Source: Hypanus sabinus (Eukaryota). Taken from it: a stretch of 64,000 nucleotides of DNA. Under the pieces are notes generated by a model. It ran no database searches. It worked only from the letters and a program-made list of their open reading frames with translations, and had not been told where the DNA came from. The position numbers were made by a program, and so were the translations under genes. The first letter of the stretch is position 1, and each line of letters starts with the position of its first letter. Of the stretch, positions 24,518-38,409 are shown in pieces. Location of the stretch: the NCBI RefSeq assembly GCF_030144855.1, contig NC_082714.1:93248001-93312000 (forward strand), written 5' to 3'.

Positions 24518-25319
24518 GAGTTTGCTGGCTGGCAGAACACGCGGGTTGTTTGTTCTTGTTTAATGCAGTGAAACAATGATTGGGTCTGTGCAGCAGCCCA
24601 TTGCAATGTAATTGTGTAGTAACGTTCGCTTATGGAAACAATCAGAATGTTTAATAATTTCAGGACAGTTGGCAATAATAATCCATTTTTTGCGAAGGAT
24701 AACTCTGTGTAGAAATGTCCCCACTGTGCTATGTCTGAACTACCTCTGTGTGTAGACTCAGGAGCTATTTCCCGCGCAGTGATTTGAACTTATGTAACAC
24801 AACTCTAAGTAAAAGAGAAACTAGCGGTTTATTTATCGTGTCTTGTCTTTACTCAGCTGCTGGCCGTAGGTTAGGGGGAATAGTCGCGGATAACGTACCG
24901 TCTAGGAGCCTCAATCAGAATTACAGTTAAATCGACTCCGACATCTTATTCAGCTTTTAGCTCTCAGTGTCCTGAGCGTGCTTTGTCCGTCGGTACCCAT
25001 CGCCCACCACCCCCTTCCACCGCCCCCGCCATCACAGGAACCTTCTATTCCTCGTCGTCCTGCACTTTTGCTCTTCATTTCCAACCTTCCCTGTGGGAGT
25101 GAGATCAACATTCTCACTGCCTTTTGGCCAAATCTTCCCACCATTGGGAGTGTGACACTGTAGGGATGTTTTCCCGTGACTTGAACATTCTCTCTATCGA
25201 TTCCGTTAGTTCCTGAATGACGGCCACCGGCCTCACTTCCCGCCCTGACACCGCCGTCACTACCCACCACCCGCCACACCCACACACACACATTAGCTAC
25301 TGTAACTCATGGTTATCAC

Positions 25320-27140
25320 TTTTTCTTTTGTACTAATAATGACACTCACCGCTGCTCCGTGACATTCCCGGACATCAGGCATACTGCTGGAGCCATCCAC
25401 AATGAAGACAAATGAAACGTACCCATGAAGATCATCTGCCATTTCTTTGTTCCCATTTACTACATAACTAGCATAATTTTCCAGTGGTCCAATATAACTG
25501 TCACCTCCTTTTTACTCTTTATGTAGCTGAAATATTTTGATATTCTGCTATATATTAACGGCATGTCTGTCGTCCTATTTCATCCTTTCTCTTCTTGTAG
25601 GTGTTTAGTTGCCTTTTGTTGGATTTAAAAGCTTTCCAATCATCCAAATTCCCACATACATTCACTATTGTATATGCCCTTTCCTTGGATTTTAGGCAGT
25701 CCATAATTTCCTTTGTCAGCCACCGCTGTCATTTGAGAAATTCGTCCTCTGTGAGAGATATCTATCCCGCGACTTGTGAACTATTCCGAGAAAATTCTGC
25801 TAACTCTGCTCTGCCATCATCCCCGCCAGTATCCTTATTCAATCCACATCGGCAAGCTCCTCTCTCAGATCTCTGTAATTCCCTTTAGTCCATTGCAATA
25901 CTGTAATTCCCTTTATTCCATTGCAATACTGTTACTTGTGAGTTACGCTTCTCTCTTTCGAATTGCAGTACGATTTCAATAATATGATCACTGCCTCCTG
26001 AGTGTTCCGTGACGGAATGCTCCTTAATAGGATCTGGGTTATTATACAACACCAACTCTAAGATGGCCTTTCGGCGAGTAGGCTTAATCACAAGTTGCTT
26101 CAAAAAGCTATCTCTTCGACACCAACAAATTCCCTGTCTTGTCATACAACACCAACTTGACTTTTCCAATCTCCATGCATATTGAAGTTTCCCATTATAA
26201 TTGTTGCATTAATCTAAATACATCTCTTTAGCAGATCTCTTTGCAATCTCCATCCCACATCTTGGCAAATATTAGGAGACGCATGTATGATTCCCAGAAT
26301 ACCTATACATGATTCCTATCATGTTATCTTTTAACCTTGCAATTTCTTAACTTCACCCACAAAGATTCAACATTCTCTGACTCATTGTCAACTCTTTCTA
26401 AAGACGTAGTACCATCCCTTACCCACAGAACCCAACCACCACCTAAGCGTTCATGTCTGTCCTTTCAATACAAATTATATCTCTTGATGTTAAGCTCCCA
26501 GCTCTGGCCTTCTTTCAAACACGACTCATTGATGCCTACAAAGTCATCCCAACAAATCTCTAATTGCGCCGTGAGTTCGTCCACTCCGTTCCGAATGTTA
26601 CGCGCATTGAAACACATCACCTTCATTCCTGCATTTTTGCCCTTTTGAGTTTTGCTTTTGTACCATTTAACACTTTGCTCTGTTTGCATTTGAACCCGAT
26701 CGATGGCTTGTTATTCATTACATTCATGTTACACCCATCATCTAATTGTGAACCTGCCTGCTCATCTTCAGCTCTACCATACTGGTTCCTACCCCCACTG
26801 CCGTATTAGTTTAAATCACTTCCAACAGCTCTAATAAATCTGTTAGAAAGAATATTGGTCCCCATGGGATTCAAATGCAACCCATCTCTTTTGTACAGCT
26901 CTCACCTGCACAGAGGAATTCCCAATTATCCAGAAATCTAAATCCCTCCGGCCTGCTCCTATTCTTCAGCCACGCATTTATCTGCCACCACCTCATTTTA
27001 TTCCTGTTCTCACTGTCGCGTGGCCCAGGCAGCGATACCGTGATTACTACCTTTGAGGGCATGCTTCTCAGGTTCGTTCTTAACTCACTGTATTTTGCTT
27101 TCATGACTTTCTCCCTTTTTATTCCCATTTCAGTGGTACC
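25320..27140 (-). mobile_element. Decayed CR1 LINE (ORF1 end, endonuclease, part of ORF2)
   Basis: MKVMCFNARNIRNGVDELTAQLE..INESCLKE, and ORF1-like QINAWLKN..EGFRFLDNW. Confidence 0.7.
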
Positions 27141-27149
27141 AATACAGAA

Positions 27150-27950
27150 GCATCGAAACATAGAGAATCTGCAGCACAATACAGGAATTTCGGCTTTCGA
27201 TGCCGTACGGAGCAAGTACTTAGTTTAGAAATTACCTAGGGTTACCCATAGCCTTCTATTTTTCCAAGCTCCATGTACCTGTCCAGGAGTCTCTTAAAAG
27301 TTCCTGTCGTATCCCACTCCATCACAGTCGCCGGCAGCCCATTCCATGCCCTCACCACTCTCTGTGTAAAAGAAAAACTTGCCCTGACATCTCTTTTGCA
27401 GCTACTTCCAAGCACCCTAAGACTGTGCCCACTCGTGTTAGCCATTTCAGCCCTGGGGAAAATCCGCAGAGTATCCACACGATCAATGCCTCTCCTTATC
27501 TCATACACCTCTATAAAGCACCTCTCATCCTCCGTCATTCCAAGGGCTAAAGGGCTAGTTCGCTCAACCAATGCTCTTATGTCATGCCCCCCAATCCAGC
27601 CAACATCCTTGTAAATCTCCCCTGCACCCTTTCTATAGTTTCCACATACTTTCTGTAGTGAGGTTAGCAGAACTGTGCGCAGTACTCCAAGTGGGGTCCG
27701 ACCAGGGCCCTATAAAGCTGTAACATTACCTCACGACTCTTAAACTCAATCCCACGGTTGATGTATGCCTTCCTGACCACACAGTCAACCTGCGCAGCAG
27801 CTTTGAGTGTCCTATGGACTCGGACCCCGAGATCCCTCTGATCATCCAGACTGCCAACAGTCTTACCATTAATACTCTATACTGCCCTCATAATTGACCT
27901 ACGAAAGTGAACCACCTCACACAATCTGGTTTGAACTCTATCTGCCTCTT
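27150..27950 (-). mobile_element. CR1 LINE 3' fragment
   Basis: SFSFTQRVVRAWNGLP..TFKRLLDRYM, with CATAGAAA-type tail near 27160. Confidence 0.8.
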
Positions 27951-28179
27951 CTGTAATTTAATTTTTTATTGAAGGAATGCCACAATACAAAATACGTAAT
28001 GCATTACATTTTCCTCCATTTTGATTTTATATCTTACCACTAAACAAAACTCCCTTCACCCGCAATCCCCGAACATACCTGGGCAGCTAATGTATTTACA
28101 ATGCAACACTTCACAAATACAACTACGGACATTTCACGTCCCTATTCTCCTGACTTTACCGGAAACCACTGACGCTCTT

Positions 28180-28380
28180 GCCAATCGAGAAACCATCAAC
28201 CTCTGCTTTCAATGTATCAGTTTTAAACTCAGCTGGCTCCATCATGGCCAACACTCTCCTCAGTATCCAGGACACCTTCAAAAGCCCATGCTTCAGAAAG
28301 GGGCATCTATCATTATAGACCCCATCACTCAGGACATGCCCTCTACGCATTGTTTCAAGACGGAACTATAAGAGTCTGAA
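28180..28380 (+). mobile_element. Rex1-like LINE 3' fragment
   Basis: Resembles the reverse complement of the 17300-17560 element (KGASIIIDP). Confidence 0.5.
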
Positions 28381-28959
28381 TAGTTTTAGGATCAGTTTTA
28401 GGTTTTGAATATTGCACATTGTAATATATTGCTACAGCAAAACAGTAAGTTTCACAACAAATACCTGATTCTGATAATACGTTGAGGTTATGTACAATCT
28501 GTTGAGTATTTAGGTCACATAGGCCAACAAATGCAGATTGGAACTGATGTTAAGTTATTTTCAATTGGAAGTCGTTTCTATGTCCTTCAGACAGACTGCA
28601 GCTCCGACTCTGTCATGTGCTTTCAACTGGCCTGGCGGCGACCCTCGTGTTCATTGCTGTAGGGACGACCACAGTGGCCATTGGGAAGTATCGGAAGGAA
28701 CGCAAGCCAGGTAACGTGCTGGTCTTAACCCAATCATGACCTGAACCTCTCACCAAACGGTGAATAATTCCTTTGAAGAATAACACACTTCTAAACATCT
28801 CTTTCAATCAGTAAAAGAAGAACCAGCAGGCAAAAGTACCAGCACCCGGCGAAAGGATCGGGAATCTGATGTAAGTAGACTCAATTTCAGGTTAATGCGA
28901 TGTCCCGGCGTTTTCAGGCACACCGGTTTCTAGAGCTAACAGAGTCTGGTGCAAAAAAC

Positions 28960-29200
28960 ATGAAAACAAGCAACACTCAGAGAGTGGCAGTGATGTGGAT
29001 GAAAACGACTTGTTAATGAGAGAGATCAGAGGAGAATGGGCAGACTGTTTCAAGATGATAGGAAGATGAAAGTAACTTAAATTAGCACGTGTTACGACAG
29101 TGGTGTCGGAAAAGCATCTCGGAGTGAACATTGCACCGAACTTCGAAGAGAATGGGCTACAACAGCAGAACACCACACAGGGTTCCACTCTTGTATCCAC
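28960..29200 (+). mobile_element. Tc1/mariner-like transposase N-terminal fragment
   Basis: Similar to 34640-34930 (reverse) and 40200-40420. Confidence 0.55.
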
Positions 29201-30080
29201 TGATGCCATTTACAAGCAGGAAATTGCTTTGTTCTTAGAATAGTACAACATGGGAACTGGTCCTTCAACCTACGACATTCAAATGAGCTAATTGAATTAG
29301 TAATCAAATACCCAAAGACACTAAATACTTCCACTTGAAGAATATCCATGTTCTTAAAAATCTCATAGTACGCAAATCTCTATCAAATAGCCCCTCATTC
29401 TCAGAGGTTCCAAAGAAAACAACCCATGTTTGCTCAAGTTCAGTTTATTGTCATTCAGCCGGACACATGTATATCGCAAACATGTATAACGAAACAATGT
29501 TCGTCCGGACCAAGTTGCATAACACAGTACATATGACTTACACACCCCACATTAAACAATATAACCATAGTAATCCAAAATAAATTACAGCACAAGTCAA
29601 AGGTAAACAGTAGAACGCTATTGGCACTTCATAGGTGCTGAGACGTGGGTGGTGGCGGGGAGATTAGTATTCTTATGGCTTGTGGGATGAAGCTGTTCCC
29701 ACACTAAACGTTCTTGTTTGTTGGAGGAATGGGAGCGATTATTGACAATGCTAAGCATTCGTACGCAAGGACAGACTCTCCTCATATCAGATGCACTCCA
29801 TTCCAGACAACATCCCAGAAAACTTCTTCTACATTTTTTCCCAAATCCTCAACAGCCTTCCTTATATGGAGCTGGTCAAAATTGAATGTAATATTATCTG
29901 GAAATCTAACTGCGGGATCTATTAATATCTAACATAATTTCCCGACTCTGGAACTCATTTCCTTGACAGATAAAGAAAAAAATGCCATGTGCCTTCTGAC
30001 CACTCTAACAAGCTGTGTCGTCAACTCCATATTCCCTCTGTACGTCACGGGTGTTAAGGCTCTCGGCATTAACAGTGTAC

Positions 30081-30285
30081 TGTGGCGACGCACTTCCCAG
30101 CGCACTCGAACCGGCTCACAAAGTGACGCGCGCCGGCATTGTGGCCGGTCTCAAAAAGGGCACCAAGTCTGCTTCACCAGCAAGGGGAAAAGCCCGCGCG
30201 TGGGACGAGAATGTGAATATGCGCCCCCTACAGCATTCTCGCCCGGGGAGGGAACAGGAAGGCTTTAAAACGAGGCCGCGAAGTG
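30081..30285 (+). mobile_element. GC-rich LTR-like fragment
   Basis: Begins TGTGGCG, is CpG-rich and interrupts CR1 remnants. No 3' terminus was found. Confidence 0.4.
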
Positions 30286-30289
30286 TATC

Positions 30290-31700
30290 CATTTATATTG
30301 CAGCATGTCTCACTTGGTGGGATTAAACTTCTCTGTCATTCGCCCGTATCTGCAACTGATCTGTGTCCTTTGGTCGCCTTCTACACTGTGCACAACTTTG
30401 GTATCATCTGCAAAATTAATAACCAACCCATTTACATTTTCATCCAGGTCATTTATATATCACATATATATCACGTATGGCAAAGGTCCCAGTACGGATC
30501 CCTGCAGGATATAGCCCTTCAACTAGAATAAGTCCCTTTAACCGGTACCCGCTGTCTTCTATGGGCAAGCCTGTTCTGAATCCAAACGGCAAATTCACCA
30601 CAGAGCCCATGCATCTTAATTTACGATTGAGCCTTCTGTATTGAACCTTGTTAAACGCCTTACTACAATCCATGTAGACAACATCCATAGCTCTGCCTAC
30701 AACAAACACCATCGTCACTTGGTCAAAAGTTTTAATCAAGCTCGGAAGATACGAAGTTCCCCGCATAAAGACAGGTTTTCCAAACGCTCATAAATCCGAT
30801 CGTTAAAAAATTATTTCCAGTAACTTCCCTACCACTGATGCGAAACTCTCCGGCCTATAATGTTCAAGATTATCCCAAATTCCTTTCAACAATAATGGAA
30901 AATTAGCTACGTACACGTTCTCCGAGACCTCGACTGTGGCTATAGAGGACACTGAGATACAGGACAAGTCTTCAGCAATCTCATCTTTTGCCCCTCTTAA
31001 TAACCCGGCGTCTATCCTATCGAGGCACCCACTTAATGTTCCTTAAGAGGCACAGTAATACCTCATTCTTTATTTTATAGTGCAGAATAAAATTCCTACC
31101 CTCCACACTGACTGCGCCACTTTCTACATCTTTTTTCTTGATGTTAAACACTGAACCACATCCTTCACATCCATGCACATGTTCCTTCATTTGTCATTCC
31201 ATGTCCTACCCGCTCCCAGTTGTCGTCTTGCTCTTGTTGTATGTATAGAACCCCCGGGATTCTCTCTAATTCAACTTTCCAATGACTTTTCATTGTCCTT
31301 TCTGACCTTCCTCCCCGCTTCGAGTTTAGTTTCTAGCTTCTCTATAGTTCTTACGGACTCATCGAATTTTTTTTAGCTTTGCAAAGTTTTTGTTTGTAAG
31401 CAAAAGATTCCCTTTCATTTTGGACCAATATCGTTGCCTGACTCCATACTTGCTCCCGAACAGTTGCTCACAGTTTTCGTCCCCTAGTTTCTTTCTAATA
31501 TTCTGCAAATTTACTGTGCTCGAATTAATGATATTTATAATATATGTTCTCCCAGTGCAATATTAGTCACTAAGTCAGCTCATTATCACACTCCAGTTCA
31601 ATTTTGTCCCATCCTCTTACTGGAACATCTGCACATTGATATAGAAACTATTTAGAATTCACTAAAAATGTTGCGCTGTATAAATCTCTTGCTTTCAGGA
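30290..31700 (-). mobile_element. Decayed CR1 LINE RT region
   Basis: AMDVVYMDCSKAFNKV; nucleotide similarity to other CR1 copies in the window. Confidence 0.7.
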
Positions 31701-33379
31701 GATCCGACTTGATCTGAGGGAAGTTGAAGTTACCCGGAACAATCCTGTTGTTTTTAGACCTTTGTGTAGGATTCAACGACTTAAAACAAATTACAAATAC
31801 GCCAATAGACAGAATTTAACAACAAACCATACACGTTCATGTGACTTGTAGCTGGTCTCTTCCGGTCGGCGGCGGGACTTCAAAGGAGGAGCGGTCGGCG
31901 GGAGGACTTCAAAGGAGGAGCGGTCGGCTTTCCAGACCCGCAGCAGTGAGCGTAGACACTGGTGGCGTTAGTCCGCAACATCGGAGTGCGGAGATCTTGG
32001 GAAGTCGTGGAGTTGCGGAAGAAGAGAAAGAATACAACAGGAAGTGGAATTGGACAGGGTATTTGAGGAGATTTCAGTTGCAGGGAAACAGCTTAAAAAA
32101 GAGGATTACATATCGGCGAGGAGATAAAGGTTGGAGTGTGCTGCATTGACAAAGGGGTTTAGGATTTGGACGAATTATACAGATAGTGAAAGGTTTAGAA
32201 GGGTTACACAGATAGAGGGTTTTGGAGCTGGAGGGGTCACACAGAGGGGTAAACGGGTTGGAGGGGTTACGCAAATAGAGTGCCGAGCAGTTGCCTAAAC
32301 AGTTACACAGAGAGCAGTGCAGAGACTGAAGAGAGTTGCATAGATAGGGAAGGGCATTGATGATGATGGCGTTAGATGGGGAGGGAGATAGAGACGATGC
32401 AAGGCCGACAGATTCTGTATTTAAGGGACAGCAAGAAGTCCATGGGCTGTAGAATATTTGAGATATATTAAGTCCAGGACTGGACAAGATTACACAGAAC
32501 AGGGACTGAAGAATCATATCGAAATCCGAAGGCTATCACAGGGGCAGGTTCAGCGACCGAAAGAGAGGGTCCTGCATTTTGTTGTTGGCTTTAATCAGGG
32601 AAATTAAAGGTGAATGACACACTTTGCTCCATAATATAACATCCTTTTTTTTCTGGAATTAACGCGTGATGTTGCCCGATACACGCAAACTGGCGGGGAA
32701 TGGTGCAGGGTGGGTGTGTTACGGTAACCAATCACATGCCATTCCCTTACAGATCTACGCCCAGCTGGCGATTGGTACTAACTGATCTGGAAAGGCAGAA
32801 TGAATATTATCCTCCGTGAACTAGACCATGTTTCGTATGTGCGGAGCAAGAACAGCAATTGAGTAGTATGATAAAATGTTTTTAAAGAGTCGTGTTAGTA
32901 ACGGCACAAGCTGAGCAAATTACAGTGCAGAAGACTAACCGGACCCGCCGATGCGAAAGCGTGCACTCTCGAAAGAAGGCCCACGCGTAGGAGGCCCAAT
33001 TGATTCACGGCGCCATCGATCGGCCGCATGAGCACTTGTCATATTCCCGGATCTCTCCATCCAAAGCTTCGCTCAGAGCTCCCTCAGTCTCAAATCAACC
33101 GGAAATAATGAGCATCAGTTAATCTGTAGTCCCATCCCTGGTTATGTACAGCTTGCTAGGATTAAAACTAACCCTTTTCCTAACTACTGCTCCAATAAAT
33201 TATAATTTTGCAACGAATGCTGATTTTTTTCTTGATCATGTAAACGTTCAATTGGTGGCGAGCCACTGCCAATTGTCCAAATGTTGATTGCGCAATCACC
33301 ACTGTAGCCATGGATCCCGAATACTCACTGCAGATTATGAGACGTTCCCAGTGATGGTCCAGGATGAGACTCAGACTGA

Positions 33380-34075
33380 CAGGAGGTGAAGAAGATTATC
33401 GAGTTAAATGCGTGGCTCAAGGATTAGTGTGGGAGAAGTACGTTTGAATTCGTGGGAAGTTGGCACCAGTATTGGGGAAGGTGGAAGCTGTACCAATGGG
33501 ACAGATTGCACTAAACCGTGATGGGATCTGGATACTAGCGAATCGCATAACTAGGGCTATGGATAGGGCTTTAAACCAAATAGTTAGGCGTGTGTGCAAC
33601 ACATTGGGGAATGAAAAGAGAAAAGTGAGGATAAAGATAAGAAAGCAAAAAAAAAAAATACATGAAAAGAAAAAGTAAGTTTGGTGTGAAGAAAACAGAA
33701 GTGCAAAAGAGTAAATGATTACAAGATTTTAAAAGCAACATGAGTGTAAAGGCAGTTGACTTGAATGCCCATAGTATTCGTAACCAGATCAGTAAGCTTG
33801 TGGCACAAATCAGTACAAAGCGGTATAATTTAATGACCATTACAGAAACGTGGTTGCAGGGTGCAGGAGATTGGGAATTAAATATCCAAGGATATCAGGC
33901 AGTATGGAATCATAGGCAGGAAGGTAAGTGCTCTTAATTAAAGATGAGATCAAGGCGATAGTGAGAGATGATATATAATCTAAGGAGTAGAATGCTGAAT
34001 TCATCTAGGTAGAGATTGAGAATAGTAAAGGGAAAACTCATCACTGGAGGAAGTTGTTCATTGGCCACCGAAAAA
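33380..34075 (+). mobile_element. CR1 ORF1 end / ORF2 endonuclease start
   Basis: LNRDGIWILAN..RA; DLNAHSIRNQISKL..ITETWLQG..WELNIQGY. Confidence 0.75.
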
Positions 34076-34639
34076 TAACATCACAGTGGCAAATGTGTAC
34101 AGCACCAGATGGAGCTCAATACACCGACCTTGTCGTTCGGCTCCCTCTAATCACAATCTTCCCACTGGATGTGTCCTACGACCGGTTCTCCCAGCGGCTA
34201 CTCTCTTCATCTGACGCCAACGATAGAACCAGCTCACATTCCAAAGCATCCTTTATCTCCAACCATAACCCAAACACCGCTTCTAAAGAAAGAGCATTGG
34301 GTCAGCAGTGAAACTTTTCCTAGTGTGTTACAAACCTTTAGAACCAATGGCCATTCCATTCCCATGATTATTCATGGAGACAGCGCAGTGAAACTGAAAA
34401 ATTGTGTTTCACAAACAAAACATTAAGCACAGACATGTCCAAAGTGAGCGAAATATGGAAGTGTTTGCGTGGGAAAAATAAATGAGTCTATCTTAATTAA
34501 AAGAACGGGAAGAGAGTTTCAATGTGATTGATTAATGTTATAGTGAAGATGATGGCTTTGACATTCAACATAAAGCGTGAATATAATTCAACACTGTTTT
34601 AAAGTTTGGTGGTTGCGGACCCAACTCAGTTTTATTGAG

Positions 34640-34930
34640 GCCTCTGTTTATTATTCCGTGCATCAATCTTGTAACGCATGGTTATTCCAGTTGCTGTCGC
34701 TTTCCTGTCAGCTCTCATCAGTACAGTCATGCTCCTCTGCCCTATGTCATTAACAAAGTGTTTTCTTCCACAGACCTGTCGTTCACTAGCTTGTTCTTTT
34801 CGCACCATTCTGTGGTAAACTTCAGAGAATTTTGTGCCAGAAAAATCCAAGAGATACACAGCTTCCGAAATACTCAAACCACCCTGTCCAGCGCGCACAA
34901 TCATGTCAAGTTTAATTCACTTCTTCCTCA
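34640..34930 (-). mobile_element. Tc1-like transposase HTH fragment
   Basis: MIVRAGQGGLSISEAVYLLDFS..ERQVCGRKHFVNDIGQRSM..RADRKAT, typical of fish Tc1 N-termini. Confidence 0.7.
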
Positions 34931-36889
34931 TTTGGATGTTTGGTCTCAACAATAAGCAAACCTCTTTACCATATCTGAATTCCTCTATGGATTGATTTGC
35001 TGCCACATGACTTGTTTATTAGGTATTTGCATTAACGATCAGCAATACCTGATAAAGTAGGCACTGAGCCTGTAAATGAGTTGTGGTAATGATATACTGA
35101 CGTCCAAAGCGTTACGACGTTTTGTGGGTTGCTTCGGACTGTGCTGGTTGTTAACCCAAACATTGTATTTCACTGTATGTGCCGATATATATGTGACAAA
35201 TAAGACCAATCACATCCTTGCCTTTGTTATTGGAATGACACGATATATTATGAAAGCGAGTGCAAAGAGTTCAGTCCCATGCGCACACAATTAAATCCCG
35301 AAATAGCGTTCAGTTGTAAGAAGCTGTGGTATTGCTCTTGTTATCGCTCTTTATAGTCCACACACTCCGGAACTATATTCCTTTATGGAACTCAGTACTG
35401 ATTTGCATGATAAGAATCACGTGACAAGTGGAAGGTGCCGTATCGAATACAACCAGGTTCTTGTTGAGATCCCCCGGAGCATCTTTCGGGGAAGGATGGC
35501 GCAACAACATCATCTGAGTGTGATTTTCGTTGCTGCTTCTCCTGTTTTGTGTTCGCAGTGGAAAGATTGTTAAGCAGTTAAATGCATGGAAGATTGAAAA
35601 CGCTCTAGATGACCACTTTTCTTGGTTGTTCAGTGCTAAATTTATTTTCCGAATCTGTTCTGCTTCTGCAGATTTATTTCTCATAACAATAAATTCAGCT
35701 GCAATACCAATATCTTTTTCTTCGTCTTAAGCCCATCACCCCCGCTGGAGTACAGAACGCCGACAGATCCTTCTTCTCCCATGGATAGGGTCTTTGGATC
35801 TTCTCTGGCTTTTCTGTAGCTCTGGAGTTTCGGATTGGGGTTGCTAGACTCATGCCCAACCCTGTTCCTTTCGCAGGCTTGGGATCACGCATAACGGAGT
35901 TACAACGGCAGTATGCAGTGTAAAAATATTGTTACCAAATCGCAAGTAATACTGGGCATAAACGTTTAAAATGCCAGTGGAAAGGTGATTTTCTCCAAGT
36001 AACACCTGTCGTGTGGAAGCGGTAGAAGGCAGCCATACACGGGATGCAATCGGCATACCAGGTTCAACGGCGAAGATACCAGAGATTTCATTTCCTGTAG
36101 CCCTTATCGGCCCTGGGAAACAAATTAATAGTAAGGAAGAAAATGACATGGCGTACTTGCATTTGATATGTTTGACGCAGAGTAATAATGGCAGAAGCGC
36201 ATTGTGGAATCTCAAAAATTCCTTTTACTTCTTCGAGAACGGCCGTGGGATTGATGTCCAGTCTATCTGGGGACATGTGGTGAATATTGAATGCAGGGCT
36301 TCCACCGTTAAGCGCGACATCAGTCTTACGCCCCGCAAATTTCCTTTCGGAATTCCCGTCGGATTGCTAATATCCCACGAATTACCATTTATTGCTGAAG
36401 TTTATAAATTCATAACGGTGTTGGGAGGCTAGCCGTAACCTCCAGAATTCATATGGAAAGGTTATGAGTGTTCCTCAGTCAATACCGTGCCTACGAGAGA
36501 GACTATTCATTCCATAGACCCTGTGATGTAGCAGCAGAAGGAAGACTTACTACACTCAACATCTCACAAGCGAAGAACAGAAGCGGATAAAAACTTCCAG
36601 AACCTACTTTCCTTCAATCACACTCCGCCTGTCCCGTACAGTAACTCGGTTTCACTGATAATCTTACCTTCTTATGAAGACACATCTGATATTGTGACAT
36701 TTCCCATCTTCGAGATACGATAAATTGCGTTAAAACGAGATAAAACATTCACACGACCCTGCAGAAATGAAAAGAAAACAACCCCGACTGATCGATAGAT
36801 CAGAGATTCAAAACACTGTAACTGAGTGTCCGACTCCATAGAACATTTTGCATTTCACAACACAGACTTCCGGATATCGTGGTATCATC

Positions 36890-37380
36890 AGAAGCAGAAG
36901 AATTCTAAAGATGCTGGAGCTCTGAAGTAAAAACACAGGCACACACGCACACACATTCGCACACGCACAATGCTGGGGGACTTCAGCAGGTTAGGCAACA
37001 ACAATGGAAAATAATAGAATCAACGTTTCTGGTCGAATCGCTTCATCAGGTTAGGTGATGCGTCTTGACCCGGAACGAAGATTCATATCTCCATAGATGC
37101 TGCTTGACCTGCTGAGTTCCTCCAACAACTTGTATGTGTTGCCGCAGTTTCAAATTAACTGGGGTAATATATTAACTGGAAAAGAGAACAGTTAAAGGTA
37201 GGGAGCAAAGATTAAAAATTACTGTGTAACTTCATTATTGGTTTGGTCTTAGAGAAGGGACTCGGTCCGAAATTTCGACTGTTTATCCATTTCCATAGAT
37301 GTTGCCTGGTCTGCTGAGTTCCTCTCGCATTTTGGTTGTGTTGCTTTGGATTTTCAGCCTCTACAGAATTTATTACGTTT
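36890..37380. mobile_element. Three degenerate Penelope-like terminal repeats, two of them back-to-back
   Basis: Minus copy ~36960-37050, plus copies ~37054-37150 and ~37250-37380, all containing the GATGCTGC..CTGCTGAGTTCC motif or its complement. Confidence 0.55.
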
Positions 37381-37436
37381 ATAATTCTGGTGTTGTAAAG
37401 ATCTCTGATTTGTCCTCAGCTCTTTATATTCCATTT

Positions 37437-38285
37437 AAATGTGAAGTTATCCATTATAAATGTGAAGTTATCCACTTTGGTATAAATGTGAAGTTATCCA
37501 CTTTGGAAGCAGGAACAAGAGGGCAGAGTATTGTCTGAACGGTGCAGAGTTAGGTAAGGGAGAAATGCAAAGAAACCTAGGAGTCCTAGTTCACCAGTCA
37601 ATGAAGGTGAATGAGCAAGTGCAACAGGCAGTGAAGAGGGCAATTGGAATGTTGGCCTTTGTTACAAGGGGAATTGAATACAAGAGCAAGGATGTCCTTT
37701 TGCATTTGTACAGGGCCCTGGTGAGACCACACCTGGAATATTGTGTACAGTTTTGGTCTCCAGGTTTAAGGAAGGACGTTCTGGCAGTTGAGGAAGTGCA
37801 GCGTAGATTCACTAGGTTGATTCCTGGGATGGCAGGGCTGTCTTACGCAGAGAGATTGGAGAGATTGGGCTTGTACACGCTGGAATTGAGGAGATTGAAA
37901 GGGGATCTGATTGAAACGTTTAAGATAATTAAAGGATTTGATAGGATTGAGGCAGGAAATATGTTCCAGATGTTGGGAGAGTCCAGTACCAGAGGGCATG
38001 GATTGAGAATAAGAGGTCAGTTATTTAAAACAGATGTTGAGGAAGATCTTCTTCTCCCAGAGAGTTGTGCAGGTGTGGAATGCACTACCTCGGAAGACGG
38101 TGGAGGCCAATTCTCTGGATGCTTTCAAGAAGGAGCTAGATAGATATCTGATGGATAGGGGAATCAAGGGATATGGGGACAAGGCAGTGACTGGGTATTG
38201 ATAGTGAATGATCTGCGATCTCAGAATGGCGGTGCAGACTCGAGGGGCCGAATGGTCTACTTCTGCACCTATTGTCTATTGTCTA
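37437..38285 (+). mobile_element. 5'-truncated CR1 LINE 3' end
   Basis: 192-aa ORF with LVRPHLEYCVQFWSP, one frameshift near 38040, CTATTGT tail repeats. Confidence 0.85.
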
Positions 38286-38409
38286 TTTAAATATCAGGCA
38301 CATTTTCAGGGGTTATATATCAAGTATAATCTATCTAACGTTGCTGACGATATAAAACCTGACAGAAACGTGACTGAGAAATTAAATTATCCATAAAATG
38401 ATATCAATC

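Larger units (their letters stand above)
18125..25318 (+). repeat. Segmental duplication unit 2 (CR1 remnant at ~18125-20190 + IgL pseudogene cluster)
   Basis: Colinear with 1520-7770 and ~55230-62070. Homology ends at a Rex1-like element on the left and a CR1 fragment on the right. Confidence 0.8.

Noticed and set aside
31863-31928. 29-bp repeat x2.3 as a CRISPR-like or regulatory array
   Set aside because: There are no spacers and the DNA is eukaryotic; it looks like a tandem repeat in a LINE 5' region.
32170-32400. GGGTTACACAGATAGAGG-like repeats as coding sequence
   Set aside because: Degenerate satellite-like sequence; the minus-strand ORF is low complexity.
35690-36480. 139-aa and 121-aa ORFs as a host or viral gene
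   Set aside because: No convincing motif; faint hints of decayed L1 ORF2 only. A translated search is needed.
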